The notes under the pieces were generated by a model. It did not search any database. It was not told the DNA's origin and saw only the letters and a list, made by a program, of their open reading frames with translations. A program made the position numbers and the translations under genes. A stretch of 63,539 nucleotides of DNA, counting the filler, from Octopus bimaculoides (lineage: Eukaryota): assembly GCF_001194135.2 (NCBI RefSeq). It is 6 parts of 6 records of this genome, joined end to end, with 100 filler letters (N's around TTAATTAATTAA, not from the genome) between each part and the next. Parts side by side here need not be neighbours in the genome. Positions count along the whole stretch, not along the records: positions 30,285 to 59,272 come from NC_068989.1; 5 more parts are not named here. One strand, written 5' to 3'. Each line of letters opens with the position of its first letter. Within the stretch, counting starts at the first letter, position 1. Of this stretch, positions 36,640 to 49,577 are shown in pieces.

Positions 36640-37216
36640 ATATTAATAGTTGTCGCCAAGCCAGCCTGGCAGTCGGTACGAAGGTTATTTATCTAATTTC
36701 AGTGGGAATACATCCACTGGTTTTCAGAAATAGAGATATTAATATTTCTAAGTCTCTCTAAAGGAGACTACGGCAGCGGTACTGGATATTAATAGTTATC
36801 GCCAAGCCAACATGGCAGACCTAAAAAAATAGGACGAATACTGCCGTTGATTAGCTCCAAGAGGCCATCGCCTCTAGCTAGCTATGTGACACACGAACCT
36901 GTGTCTTTTATAACTTTCGAACAAGGGAGGTCAGCAGCTTCCCCTTGCTGGTTTGGCATCTACAGACTAGTTTCGGGGTGTTGCCCCTTATCAATGCAGA
37001 GCAGCCGAACCCAGCAGGCGTCGCTACTGATCATTTGTACGTAGGTTATTTATCTAATTTCAGTGGAATACATCCACTGGTTTTCAGCATTCGTCCTATT
37101 TTTTGGGACTGCCATGTTGGCTTGGCGATAACTATAAATATCCAATACCGCTGCCGTAGTTTCCTTTAGAGAGACTTAGAAATATTAATATCTCTATTTC
37201 TGAAAACCAGTGGATG
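36640..37216. repeat. Composite direct plus inverted repeat
   Basis: 36711-36843 is inverted at 37085-37216; 36683-36727 is directly repeated at 37044-37087; 36640-36673 resembles 36787-36820. Confidence 0.85.
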
Positions 37217-37530
37217 AAAGAAAGTTCAGGCTTGGCCGAACACCGGTCACGTGGGGATATAAGAGAGAGAGGTAGAGGCAGAGGGATAAAAGAAGTAAGG
37301 AGGGGCGAGAAAAAATGACAGGGACACAGTGAAGTGAAAAGAGGTGGGAAAGTGAGCATGAAGAGAAGGCAAAGAAATGTGAGAGAGTGGGAACGAAAGA
37401 ACGAAGAGTGGAATGAACGAAATAAGCGTGTAAGGGCTGATAGAAAGAAGGAAAGAATAAAAGAATAAAATATTAGAGTCGTACAAGGTTTAGATAAATA
37501 TATACTTACATATAAGAGACCAAAGTGTAC

Positions 37531-37935
37531 GTACGTGGCTGTGTGGTAAGTAGCTTGCTTACCAACCACATGGTTCCGGGTTCAGTCCCACTGCGTGGTA
37601 CCTTGGGCAAGTGTCTTCTACTATAGCCTCGGGCCGACCAAAGCCTTGTGAGTGGATTTGGTAGACAGAAACTGAAAGAAGCCTGTCATATATATGTATA
37701 TATATATATATGTGTGTGTGTGTGTTTATGTGTCTGTGTTTGTCCCCCCCACCATCGCTTGACAACCGATGGTGGTGTGTTTACGTCCCCGTAACTTAGC
37801 GGTTCGGCAAAAGAGACCGATAGAATAAGTACTAGGCTTCCAAAGAATAAGTCCTGGGGTTGATTTGCTCGACTAAAGGCGGTGCTCCAGCATGGCCGCA
37901 GTCAAATGACTGAAACAAGTAAAAGAGTAAAAGAA
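37531..37935 (+). mobile_element. SINE family B, complete
   Basis: Full head, internal (TA)/(TG) tract, 3' half and agagtaaaag tail. Confidence 0.92.
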
Positions 37936-38063
37936 CATATATATATATATAATACAAGATGGGACAAGAACGCAAAGCATTCAGACAGTTAGGTGATACA
38001 AGAAAGGGACAACAAAACATCCAGATAGACGATACAAAGAAAACAAGGACGGGTCAGGGTGGA

Positions 38064-38218
38064 CATCTTCCAGTTTCTGTCTACCAAACCCAGTCACAAG
38101 GCTTTGGTCCACCCGAGGCTATAGGAGAAATCACTTGCCCAAGCACCACGAAGTGGGACTGAACCTGGAACCATAGGGTTGAGAAGCGAGCTTCTTGCCA
38201 CACTGCCACGCCTGCGCC
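38064..38218 (-). mobile_element. SINE family B 5' half
   Basis: Reverse complement ggcgcaggcgtggcagtgtggcaagaagctc..ggttccaggttcagtccc. Confidence 0.8.
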
Positions 38219-38226
38219 ATTATATA

Positions 38227-39470
38227 TAGGGGCTGGAAAAAATAATGAAAACACCTAGCATCATGGCATCATTATTTTGAAATATCTATAAAACTATTTT
38301 TATGTTTTTGATTTATTATTAGTGTTGCTTAATATGTTTTGCTAAAATTGCTGTTTCTTTTCAAATATCATCAGAAAAAGGTAATTAAAATCCATTAAAA
38401 TGACTGATCTACAGGACTTTCAATGAGGTCAAACTGTTGGTGCTCGTATGGCAGGCGCTAGCGTAACGAAAACAGCCGAAACATTTGGTTCATCAAGAAG
38501 TACTGTCTCGAAGGTAATGACAGCCTTTGAGAAAGAGGGAAAAACTTCTCGAAACAAAACTCCGGAAAAAACCCAAATCTTTCAGATAGGGACCGTCGGA
38601 CACTTACGCAAATTGTTAAAAAGGATCACAAAAGTACAGCTCACAAAACTACTGCAGAGCTTAATGACCAGCTCGAGAACCCAGTTTCATCAAAAACTGT
38701 TCGCCGAGAGCAGGACAAATCCGGATTTCACGGGAGGGCTGCAATCAGAAAACCACTACTTTCAAAAACGAACTTTGCAAAGCGTTTGAGTGGAGTAAAA
38801 ATGTACAGAAGTGGTCCCTAGAGCAGTGGAAGAATGTTATTTGCTCGGACGAGTCCTCCTTTACCTTATTTCCGACCGCCAATCGAGTATACGTGTGCAA
38901 ACAGCCAAAAAAAGCATTTGACCCGGACTGCCTTCTTCCAACTGTTAAACATGGAGAAGGATCTGTGATGATCTGGCGGGTTATATCTTGGAAATCCGCC
39001 AGCCCAATGGTTTCCCTTCATGGATGAATTAATAATCAATAAGCATTTTATCTGACCAAATTCATCCTTTAGTTGTGGAACTGTTTCCAGAGGGAAACGC
39101 AATCTTTCAGGATGATAATGCACCAATTCACACAGCTAAAGTTGTTACTGAATGGCACGAGGACCATTCTAGTGAAGTTGAACATCTTATCTGGTCACCA
39201 CAGACCTCAGATCTCAATATTATTGAATATTTGGGTGCATTTTAGAAAAACAAGTAAGGAGTCGATATCATCGACGATCATCACTACAATAACTGGAGAC
39301 TGTTTTAGCTGATGAATGGACAAAAATTCTTCTGGAAACAATTCAAACTTTGTACGAGTCCATACCTCAGAGAATTCAAGCTGTAATTACTGTCTAAGGT
39401 GGTCCTACCCATTATTAAAATAAATTTGGTTGAAATTTTTATGTGTACCCATTATTTTGTCCAACCCCTG
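38227..39470 (+). mobile_element. Tc1-like transposon, DD36E (Incomer-type), 1244 bp
   Basis: TA flanks; TIRs (C/T)AGGGG(C/T)TGGA(A/C)AAAATAATG..ACAC at both ends; a single transposase relic inside. Confidence 0.92.
38400..39418 (+). pseudogene. Tc1 transposase pseudogene
   Basis: MTDLQDFQ*GQTVGARMAGASVTKTA.. HTH region, SDES (~38845), TVKHG, FQDDNAPIH (D at 39114), DLNIIE (E at 39225), GGPTHY*; stops and frameshifts. Confidence 0.92.
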
Positions 39471-39472
39471 TA

Positions 39473-39507
<35 letters not shown>

Positions 39508-39872
39508 AAGGATTTATTTTTTCTAATGAGATAAAAAGAAACTATGTCTGTGTAGATATTAGAACATTTATAAATAGATCTTACAGTTGTTTCCACGATA
39601 TTTATTATATCCTTTCATCGGAGACGGTGTGAGAAGATGGTTAGGTAATAGTTAATTTAGATAAGATACGAAATAGAGAGTGAAATGGAGGAACGAAAAT
39701 AGATGTGAGATATGCAGGGATATTTTATTTGTAAATCCATTATTTAGGCAGAATTGTATTCATATAAGATTCCAGTACCTTATGAGTAAAATCCAATAGT
39801 CTCTCCATATATGTGTGTGTGAAGAGAGAGAGAGGAAGAGAGAGAGAAAGCTTGAGAAAGAAAAAGTGAGAA

Positions 39873-39914
<42 letters not shown>

Positions 39915-40291
39915 TTGCAAACGAATAAGTGCAAACGTAATGAGTGGAAGTATATGCGAGAGCAAATATTGAATTTTGTTGAAGCTGCGAAACATGAAAA
40001 CAAGTACTCCGGACGGAAGTAAAAATCTTTGGTATGATACAATGATATTTTAAAATGGAAGTGAGAATCCGTTGTTAGATACGCTTAATTATCGACAGTT
40101 TCAAACTACAATCTTTAGAGAATTTTATTTCTTTGTCAAAACATATAGAAAACGTGATACATGGAACTGGCTGTCAGTGAATATTTTCAGTATCAATAAA
40201 ATATATATTTATAAGACTGTAACCATAAATAAATTTTTGCTGATAGTTTGCGATAAGTGTGTATGTGTNNNNNNNNNNNNNNNNNNNNNNN

Positions 40292-40327
<36 letters not shown>

Positions 40328-40329
<2 letters not shown>

Positions 40330-40545
40330 ACGCGTGACCAAGTGGTTAGGAAGTTGCAGTCTTAATGGTAAGATCGTTGTTTCGATTCCCAGATCGGTGA
40401 TGCAGTTGTATTCTTGAGCAAAACACGTTGCTCCAGTCCATTCAGCTGTAAATGGGTAACACTGCTGCGTGGACTGACGTTCCGTTCGAGGGTAATGTTT
40501 GCCTGCGCTCCTAGCCATCGGACGGTATCATTTGAAAGCTACAGC
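40328..40545 (+). mobile_element. tRNA-derived SINE (fourth family)
   Basis: gcgtgaccaagtggttagg..gtttcgattccc head followed by ttcttgagcaa..ctccagtccattcagctg core. Confidence 0.6.
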
Positions 40546-40620
40546 AATGCGAAAGATCGCAGAGTGACAAACAGAATATAACAGCATTCGGTCGATGCAG
40601 TGATACAGTGAGATAGATTT

Positions 40621-40651
<31 letters not shown>

Positions 40652-40652
40652 C

Positions 40653-40736
<84 letters not shown>

Positions 40737-42494
40737 ATAGACAGACAGACAGGCAGAAAGATAGAGTGGGAGAGATGGAGAGGGCGGGAGAAGGATTGCA
40801 ATCTGTCGGTAAAAAATATATTAAAATCTGACGCTAAGCTTGTAGTAATTTCTAATTTTTATGATCTTTTATTTCATAANNNNNNNNNNNNNNNNNNNNN
40901 NNNNNNNNNNNNNNNNNNNNNNNNNNNNNNNNNNNNNNNNNNNNNNNNNNNNNNNNNNNNNNNNNNNNNNNNNNNNNNNNNNNNNNNNNNNNNNNNNNNN
41001 NNNNNNNNNNNNNNNNNNNNNNNNNNNNNNNNNNNNNNNNNNNNNNNNNNNNNNNNNNNNNNNNNNNNNNNNNNNNNNNNNNNNNNNNNNNNNNNNNNNN
41101 NNNNNNNNNNNNNNNNNNNNNNNNNNNNNNNNNNNNNNNNNNNNNNNNNNNNNNNNNNNNNNNNNNNNNNNNNNNNNNNNNNNNNNNNNNNNNNNNNNNN
41201 NNNNNNNNNNNNNNNNNNNNNNNNNNNNNNNNNNNNNNNNNNNNNNNNNNNNNNNNNNNNNNNNNNNNNNNNNNNNNNNNNNNNNNNNNNNNNNNNNNNN
41301 NNNNNNNNNNNNNNNNNNNNNNNNNNNNNNNNNNNNNNNNNNNNNNNNNNNNNNNNNNNNNNNNNNNNNNNNNNNNNNNNNNNNNNNNNNNNNNNNNNNN
41401 NNNNNNNNNNNNNNNNNNNNNNNNNNNNNNNNNNNNNNNNNNNNNNNNNNNNNNNNNNNNNNNNNNNNNNNNNNNNNNNNNNNNNNNNNNNNNNNNNNNN
41501 NNNNNNNNNNNNNNNNNNNNNNNNNNNNNCTCTATTATATTCGTGCAATTACTTTTATTACAACACACACATACGTGGTATGCGGAGATAAAACCCTAAT
41601 CGATCGTATATTTAGAAAAAATTGATCCGTTTGACAGCGTTTGGTCACTTGCACCATTTTCTGTGTGTTAATATTTGTTTCCATCTTCTCCGTTTTTATG
41701 CAGACAGAAATCCTTTTATTAAGTCTTTTCATTAGGAAATAACATTTGGTATTGTATTTGCTCTGAGGCGTGGAGTGAAAATTGCAAAATGGCAGTCTCC
41801 AAAGAGGCTGCCATATAAAACTATACTTCGTAGGACTGTATAATAAATTACGCTCTAATACACACATATATATACACACACAAACACACACACATACATA
41901 CATTCATACATATGCACATTTATACATACATACATAAATGTATATTTACACATACACACATAGGTTTACATACATACATACATATTGAACACGTTCAAGT
42001 ATATTTGGACGTCGGAAGCTAGTTTGCTGTAGAAATAACTTCCAAAGAAAATTTTCCTCCTAAAAGTCATGTGAAAACAGATTGAGCTGCATCGTATGAT
42101 GCATGTATTTTTGCGTTCATTCTTCGGTTCTGTCGATCATGCAAACGACCAGAGAAACGTATGTGTGCAATGATCCAAAGACGTCATTCAAACTTCGATA
42201 TATTTTCACTTATTGCATCTAAGAGGAGAATTTTCTCCCACGGATATTTCTGCAGCGAAAGAATTTCCCACATCCTTGTATACTTTACCAGAATATATTC
42301 TATTCAAAGTTGTTTCGAACATCTTTATATCTATATGCATGTATGTATGTATCTACTTCTTTACTATTATTATTTTTTTTCTTCTTTCTTCAAATTTTCT
42401 TCCATCTCTCGCCGAGTGTTTTCCGTGCACCGAGGGCAGAGAAGCTCTTTCCCAGTTTACACACGCAAATTCACAGGTAAAATATGTATTTAAA

Positions 42495-45400
42495 AAAAAT
42501 TAATAAATAAATAAATTCATCAATGGATGTTGTTTTCACAGCGATAATGCTCTTCTCAGTACATGAGTCGTTCCAGTTAACACGGTTTTTTGCACTTCCT
42601 GTAGGGATGGTAAGCTTGGTATCATTTTCAAATAGGTTTCAGTACCCTTTTTTTTATCATTCCTAGAGATCCTACAATCACTGGTACGGTAGCTGCCTTG
42701 AGGTGCCACATTTTTTCAATTTCTATTAGCAAGTCTTAATANNNNNNNNNNNNNNNNNNNNNNNNNNNNNNNNNNNNNNNNNNNNNNNNNNNNNNNNNNN
42801 NNNNNNNNNNNNNNNNNNNNNNNNNNNNNNNNNNNNNNNNNNNNNNNNNNNNNNNNNNNNNNNNNNNNNNNNNNNNNNNNNNNNNNNNNNNNNNNNNNNN
42901 NNNNNNNNNNNNNNNNNNNNNNNNNNNNNNNNNNNNNNNNNNNNNNNNNNNNNNNNNNNNNNNNNNNNNNNNNNNNNNNNNNNNNNNNNNNNNNNNNNNN
43001 NNNNNNNNNNNNNNNNNNNNNNNNNNNNNNNNNNNNNNNNNNNNNNNNNNNNNNNNNNNNNNNNNNNNNNNNNNNNNNNNNNNNNNNNNNNNNNNNNNNN
43101 NNNNNNNNNNNNNNNNNNNNNNNNNNNNNNNNNNNNNNNNNNNNNNNNNNNNNNNNNNNNNNNNNNNNNNNNNNNNNNNNNNNNNNNNNNNNNNNNNNNN
43201 NNNNNNNNNNNNNNNNNNNNNNNNNNNNNNNNNNNNNNNNNNNNNNNNNNNNNNNNNNNGTCAATATGAAACCTTCACTCTCTGCTTTTAGCCCTGAGCT
43301 TCGTAACCATTGATGCATGTGTTTCTGGTCGACATCAGCTTGTTTGCTACGACCCACATACTTGCCATGCAAAGGTTTCTGTTCCCATCTGCTAGCTAAT
43401 TTTTCATGTGCTTTTGTCATTGCAATTAATTTTATTTTCTTTGCAGCAGCAGTTGGCGCATTTCCTTCAACCTGATCAAGCTGGTGGGTATCTAAGAGAT
43501 CAGTAGCGAATTGTTTGCTCTCTTTCAGAATAGAGCGAAGTTTTTTCGGTTTTTCATGTGTTTCTACAAGTTTTAGCATCCAGTCGTTGGTTGTTTCAAG
43601 GTATTTGGCCAGTCCGATTGTGATGGTTTTGTACGTAAGTTCAAGTTCGATCAAGTCTCGACCTCTCTGAGCTCTGGGAAAGTAAAGACGATCCACGTCT
43701 GCCTTTGGATGGTGCACCTTATTACAAGTCAGTAGCTTGTCGATTTTTCTATCTATTTTCATTATTTCACTGGTATTTCACTGGTTAAGCACATTGAAAC
43801 TATAAAAACAACTGGGACTGCTAAGGAATTTATGGCTAACACCTTATTATATGCATTCAGCTCATACTTCAGGACTGCTCGAACTCTTCTATAACATTCC
43901 TTCCTAACCTTTTCTTTCATGCTTGTATGCTGGATACCAGAGCCTTCATTTATTCCTAGGTATTTATAGGTTTGTTTCTGCTCAAGTTCCTTTATTACTG
44001 TTTCGACATCTAATTATATTGAACTTGACTTTACCAGTTTCCCTTTCTTAAAAGTGGATTTGGCATACTTTTCAAGACCAAACTCCATCCCGATATCATC
44101 ACTGAATCCTTTCACAGTATGTAATAGACCTTGAAGCTCTTCACCATCTTTGTCATATAGCTTTAAATCATCCATATAAAATTGAGGGCATATTTTTCAG
44201 TTGTCAATTTTTTAGTCATACCCTGTTCTGTTCAGTTCACTTGAGAGTGGTATTAGTGCTATACAGAAAATTAGTGATGAAAGTGAGTCACCTTGGAAAA
44301 TGCCACAGTTTATACTAATATTGTTTCAGCGCAATACTCCATTAGAATGATATAATTGGAGCTTCGTGTTCCATAGTGAAATATTATACTTTAAAACAAT
44401 CTGAAATCACAGGAGAAATTTTGAAAATGTCCAGCGATTTCAGAATCCACGAATGTGGTATGCTGTCAAAAGCTTTTTTATAAATCAATCCATGAAGAGC
44501 TGAGATTTCTGCGCTTGTTATGGCAGTTCTCAAGGATCATGCAATTAATAAAGAGCGGATCTTTTCATTCATATGAGCCTCATCTCCACCCTTTGTGTTC
44601 AGTAGAAAAGCGGTTATTCTCTTCCCTAAACGTATACGTTTTCTCCACTAGAATAGATGTCAAAATCTTATAGGTAGTAGACAAACATGTTATAGGCCGG
44701 TAGTTTTTTGGATCTTTGGTTTCGTTATTTTTGGGGAGGAGGTAAGTAATACCATTTGCCATCCAATAGGAAATGTTTTCCGGGTCTTTCATAATACTAT
44801 TATATAGTATTGCTAACATCTTGTGTGTGGACGAGAGTGATGAGAGCCAGAAATTTGATATTCTATCAATACCAGGGGATTTCCACTTATGAGCCTTCGT
44901 TAGTGCCCTTCTTAGGTCGGCGATTGAGATGTCTCCCCATACCCGTTCTTGTATATTTTTGTAGGCACCTTGGGTGCGTTTGATCCACCCTGCATTTTCA
45001 TTGTATGGTTTTTCATCACTCCAGATCCCTTTCCGAAAGTTTTCAACTTCCCGCATTAGGGGTGGATTTTCAATGTTTATTTTTCTTTTCCTATTTTCCT
45101 GTAAAATGATTTGGCATTGGATTTGAACATCTTATTTTGCCTGTAGAATTTGATTCTTTTCTCAAATTTGTGTATTCTCTGAACTTTTGCTTGAACTTTT
45201 TGTTTAAGTGTTTCTTTTGTTGACATTAGTTCTTCTCTTGTTGAGAGTCCATATTTTCTCACAATCTTCCTGCCTTTTCTTGATCTTACACCATTTCCAG
45301 AGATTAGCTCAGTTAATAATGATATCTCCCTTTGCAATGATTCAATCTCAGTTTCAATTCTACTCCTCCAGTTTGATTTTCTTTTCGTATTTGGTATTGT

Positions 45401-46290
45401 TGGCTTTTCGGATGTTATACAGCGTCTTTCGATTACCGTAGCAACAAAGTAAATAATTTCATTTAACTTCTTAAGCTCGGGTTTTAGTTGTAGGATTTCT
45501 TGCGTAACGCAGTTGTCAATTTTTATTTATTTTATGTTGGTGTGCATTTGAGAGTTTATGGATTGGTTCTCTATCATTCATATTTGTATGCCCTACAATT
45601 GCAAACTCATTCAGAACTTCCTGCTTCATTTCAATGATAGATTTTCTGTGTTGTTCAGCAAATATGTGATCTCCAAATTCTGTTTCGACATCATTTTCCT
45701 GATTGTTTTTTCTAGGGACATATATTTTCCTTTTTTCTTCAGGCTCTTGAGTGGTTTCGGCAGATGGTCGCCTTTCAGTCAATGCTTGTGGTCCAACATT
45801 CCTCTCTTCTACTTCGTTATTTCTTTCCTGACTTATATTTAGGTCATTCTCTACCACTTTTTTAATAGAGGTTAATTCTGCATCTGTGAGTCTGGTATTT
45901 CTGAAGATATCTCTTCTAACATTTGCTAATCTGTTTCTATCCAAGTTTGGTCTGCTAGCTGGATTCCGGCTTCTCCAAATTCTGTAGGAGTTTGCAGTGT
46001 GTTTCTCCTGGGTTGGCCTACTTAATGCAAAGTAATAAGCATATATTACTTCATTATGTTCTTCCCGGTTCCATTTAGTTATTTTACATTTTTGATTTTG
46101 TGATCGTTGTGGTGGTGAACTTTGAGGGCTTAATTTGGGACAAATCCTGTTTAAGTGACCTTCCAGGTTCGTATTCAGGGAAGATATTCTGCCATTTGAA
46201 AATTTTTCGCCGTGAGGCTGACAGATTCCTGACAGGCGCGCTTCCAGAATAACCATTGGACAAGCGATTCGGTGTACTGTTTGAATTTTT
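42495..46290 (-). mobile_element. Near full-length R4/Dong-type (RLE) non-LTR retrotransposon, degenerate
   Basis: ORF starts at 46256 with KWNREEH..YAYY; WKSPGIDRI..YRPITCL; GIFQGDSLS (~44280-44305); YMDD (44167-44178); PLHGKY..WLRSSGLKAESEG; C-terminus LLIEIEKMWHLK..VPVIVGSLG..VQKTVLTGTTHVLRRAL*. The zinc-knuckle/RLE part lies in the N gap. Confidence 0.93.
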
Positions 46291-46457
46291 TTTCTTTTTA
46301 AGTAACGTTAAACTATTATTAAATTTTCATAAAAAAATATTTTTTTAATATTTATTTATTATTTGTAGAGAATAAAAAGTTTAGAATGGTACAACAATGC
46401 ACTATAAAACAAAAAAAATGGACTATATACCTATTGTAATTTGGTTATCTATAGTCC

Positions 46458-46493
46458 GATGATATTTCAGAATTACAATTCCTTCTTCAGATC
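46458..46493 (-). ncRNA. Minimal type I hammerhead ribozyme motif
   Basis: Minus strand GAU-CUGAAGA-A-GGAAU-UGUA-AUUCU-GAA-AUAU-C-AUC: 3-bp stem I, full core, 5-bp stem II, palindromic AUAU stem III, AUC triplet. Confidence 0.7.
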
Positions 46494-46506
46494 TTCTTAG
46501 CTGGAG

Positions 46507-46580
<74 letters not shown>

Positions 46581-46583
<3 letters not shown>

Positions 46584-47112
46584 TAGTAGTCCTATTTTTA
46601 TCACGTGCTTTCACTGCACTACCGAGAGCAGCTCTGTGTGCCTTGGGTATACGTTGTGGCTTGTTGTGTTGCTTTTATTTTTATTGTATTGAAAGCGTTT
46701 TACTTAGGATGTGTGCGGTGCCTACTAATGCTATTTTCTGTATGTCATATATACTTGTTAGTCCTGGTGTTTTTGTTATGTATTCGTGTGAATATTCTTT
46801 TTATCATACCTAATGCGCTTGCTATGATAGGAATTGTTTCTGTTTTTAGACTCCACAATTGAGTTACCTCTATTTCCAGATCATTGTATGTTGAAAATTT
46901 CTTTGTTTCTTTTAGAGAAACATTGTTATCTGTTGGTATTGATACATCAATTAGAAAGCATTTCTTTCTTGGTAATCTCTGAAACTATATCCGGCCTATT
47001 GACCTGTATTTGCATATTCCAGAGTATTGTTGCGTTCTCATTTTCTGTGACCTATTCTGGCGTGTGCCTATACCGTCTTTTTCTGTTGTTATTCCTTAGT
47101 GTTGGCATAGCG
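46581..47112 (-). mobile_element. 5'-truncated R4/Dong-type LINE flanked on both sides by (TAA)n
   Basis: ENENATILWNMQI..NRPDIV..YNDLEIEVTQLWSLKTETIPII..ALGMIK plus 3' UTR; microsatellite at 46508-46581 and 47113-47195. Confidence 0.88.
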
Positions 47113-47132
47113 TCCTGTGTATATAGGTCCCA

Positions 47133-47197
<65 letters not shown>

Positions 47198-47432
47198 CAT
47201 TATTATGGGCGGTGCATTAGCAGCATGGTAGAAGGTCAGACAATATGCTTTGCGCTATCTGCTCGAACTCTAAACGTTCTGCTTTCTAATCTCGCTACGA
47301 TCAATTTTGAAATGATAAAAAGCACCAGTCTTTTACAGAGATCATGTAATCTACTCAATTCAACCCTTTAAACTTGATGTCCTTATGTTTGACACAGAAT
47401 CCATTTTCGCAGCATCAGAAGCACATGTTGTT

Positions 47433-47483
<51 letters not shown>

Positions 47484-48491
47484 AACTTCTCGAATCGTTC
47501 CTTTGAAGTTCAAGTTGTCGATTTTTTAAACCATGGATTTGGAAAAACAGTATGGCATTATATAAGAAAAATATTCGCAAAACCTATTTAATGTCAATTA
47601 TCATATGCAGAACAACGTTAATACTTATTTACTCACGTGTAAAAATGCAAGATATTTTCGTATTTTCACTATCACATTTGAATAACTCACAAAATTAAAA
47701 GCATATCTATTGTTAACACAGTTTCAGCGTTGATAAATAACAGAATGATTTTTATTTCTTATATATTTTGCTATGTTTTTGTTTATGTATTTAACAATCT
47801 TTTGGAGTATGTTAAATATATTCTTTAGAAAAATATTATTCTATCCAATTTGTTGTTGGAAATTCTACTATATAGGACGGTGGAAGTGTCTGCAAAAATC
47901 TACCAATTCTGATCTTTTGCTGAAAATTGCTAACGGGTCTAAGACATATTATATTTCTCCAAATGACAAAGATTACATTCTCCAGAGTATTTAATGTTGA
48001 GAGAACATGCATTCAGTATTGAAGCAAATGATTTCTTAATTGTTAAAATGACTGCTTTCTTTCGACTCCATATAGATTTGGATAGTGAGAATCAGAATGC
48101 CTATGTACGCTGACAGAAAGATTTTAAAACGTATTTCTAATATAGAATTTTGTCTCACTACTACAATCGTAGCTCAAAAATACTTTAGAAATGCATACGT
48201 CCTTGAGAGTTCAGATATTAGAATTGCTGCTACTGCAAAGAGAAATTTTTTGTGAGTACGATCTGATAAGTTTTCTTTTGTTTAAACGGAGAGAGAAATA
48301 TATTCTGCAGGTTAAATGCAGATATCCTTAAAGCTATCTAAATTAAATATCTTATGATAGCTATGGTCAACGGGAATATGTTTATGTATAAGGTATACAA
48401 AAAATCCATAGCAATATTGAATCTTTATGGAGGATCAGAACACTAAAGATATTGTGTTTTTATTTATGTTATTATGAATAATTGCAATGTT

Positions 48492-48654
48492 AGGAGTGGC
48501 TGTGTGGTAAATAGTTTGCTTACCAACAGCATAGTTCTGAGTTCAGACTCACTGCGTGGTACCTTGGGCAAGTGTCTTCTACTATAGCCTCGGGTCGACC
48601 AAAGCATTGTGAGTGGATTTGGTAGACGGAAACTGAAAGAAGCCNNNNNNNNNN

Positions 48655-48701
<47 letters not shown>

Positions 48702-49577
48702 GGCTTTGTGTCTGTGTTTGTCCCCCACCATCTCTTGACAACCGATGTTGGTATGTTTACGTCCCCGTAACTTAGCAGTTCGGTAAAAGAGACCGATAGA
48801 ATTAGTACTAAGCTTACAAAGGATAAGTCCTGAGGTCGATTTGTTCGACTAAAGGTGGTGCCTCAACATGCCCGCAATCAAATGACTGAAACAGATAAAA
48901 GAATAAAGGCGCAGGTATGGCTGTGCGGTAAGTAGCTTGCTTACCAACCATATGGTTCCATGTTCAGTCCCTTGCGTGGCACCTTGGGCAAGTGTGTTCT
49001 ACTGTAGCCTCAGGCCGACCAAATCCTTGTGAGTGAACTTGGTAGGCAGAAACTGATGGAATATATACGTATATATGTACGTGAGTGTTTGTCTGTGTTT
49101 GCCTCCCCAACACCGCTTGACAACCGATGCTTGACAACAGGTGTGTTTACGTCGCCGTAACTTAGCGGCTCGGCAAAAGAGGCCAATAAAAAAAGGACTA
49201 GGGTTACAAGGAATAAGTCCTGGGGTTGATTTGCTCAACTAAAGTCGGTCACCCACCATGGTTGCAGTCAAATGACTGAAACAAGTAAAAGAATAAAAGA
49301 ATGTGTGTGTGTGTGTGTGTGTGTGCGTGTGTGCGTGTGTGTGTATGTGTGCGTGCGTGCGTGTGTGTGTGTGTTTGTGTGTCTGGGTTTGTCCCCCAAC
49401 ATCGCTCGACAACCGATGCTGGTTGTGTTTATGCCCCGTCACCTAGCGGTTCGGCTAGAGAGCCCGATAAAATAAGTACTAGGCTTACAAAGAATAAGTC
49501 CTGGGGTCACTTTACTCGACCAAAGGCGGTGCTCTAGCATGGCTGCAGTCAAATTACTGAACTAAATAAAAGAATAC
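48492..49577 (+). mobile_element. Tandem SINE family B copies (48492-48907, 48908-49280, plus a 3' half to 49577)
   Basis: Repeated head and tail consensus. Confidence 0.9.

Noticed and set aside
35574-36761. Long ORFs of 300+ aa (also 40852-41625, 42716-43762, 60080-61385)
   Set aside because: Length comes from N runs translated as X.
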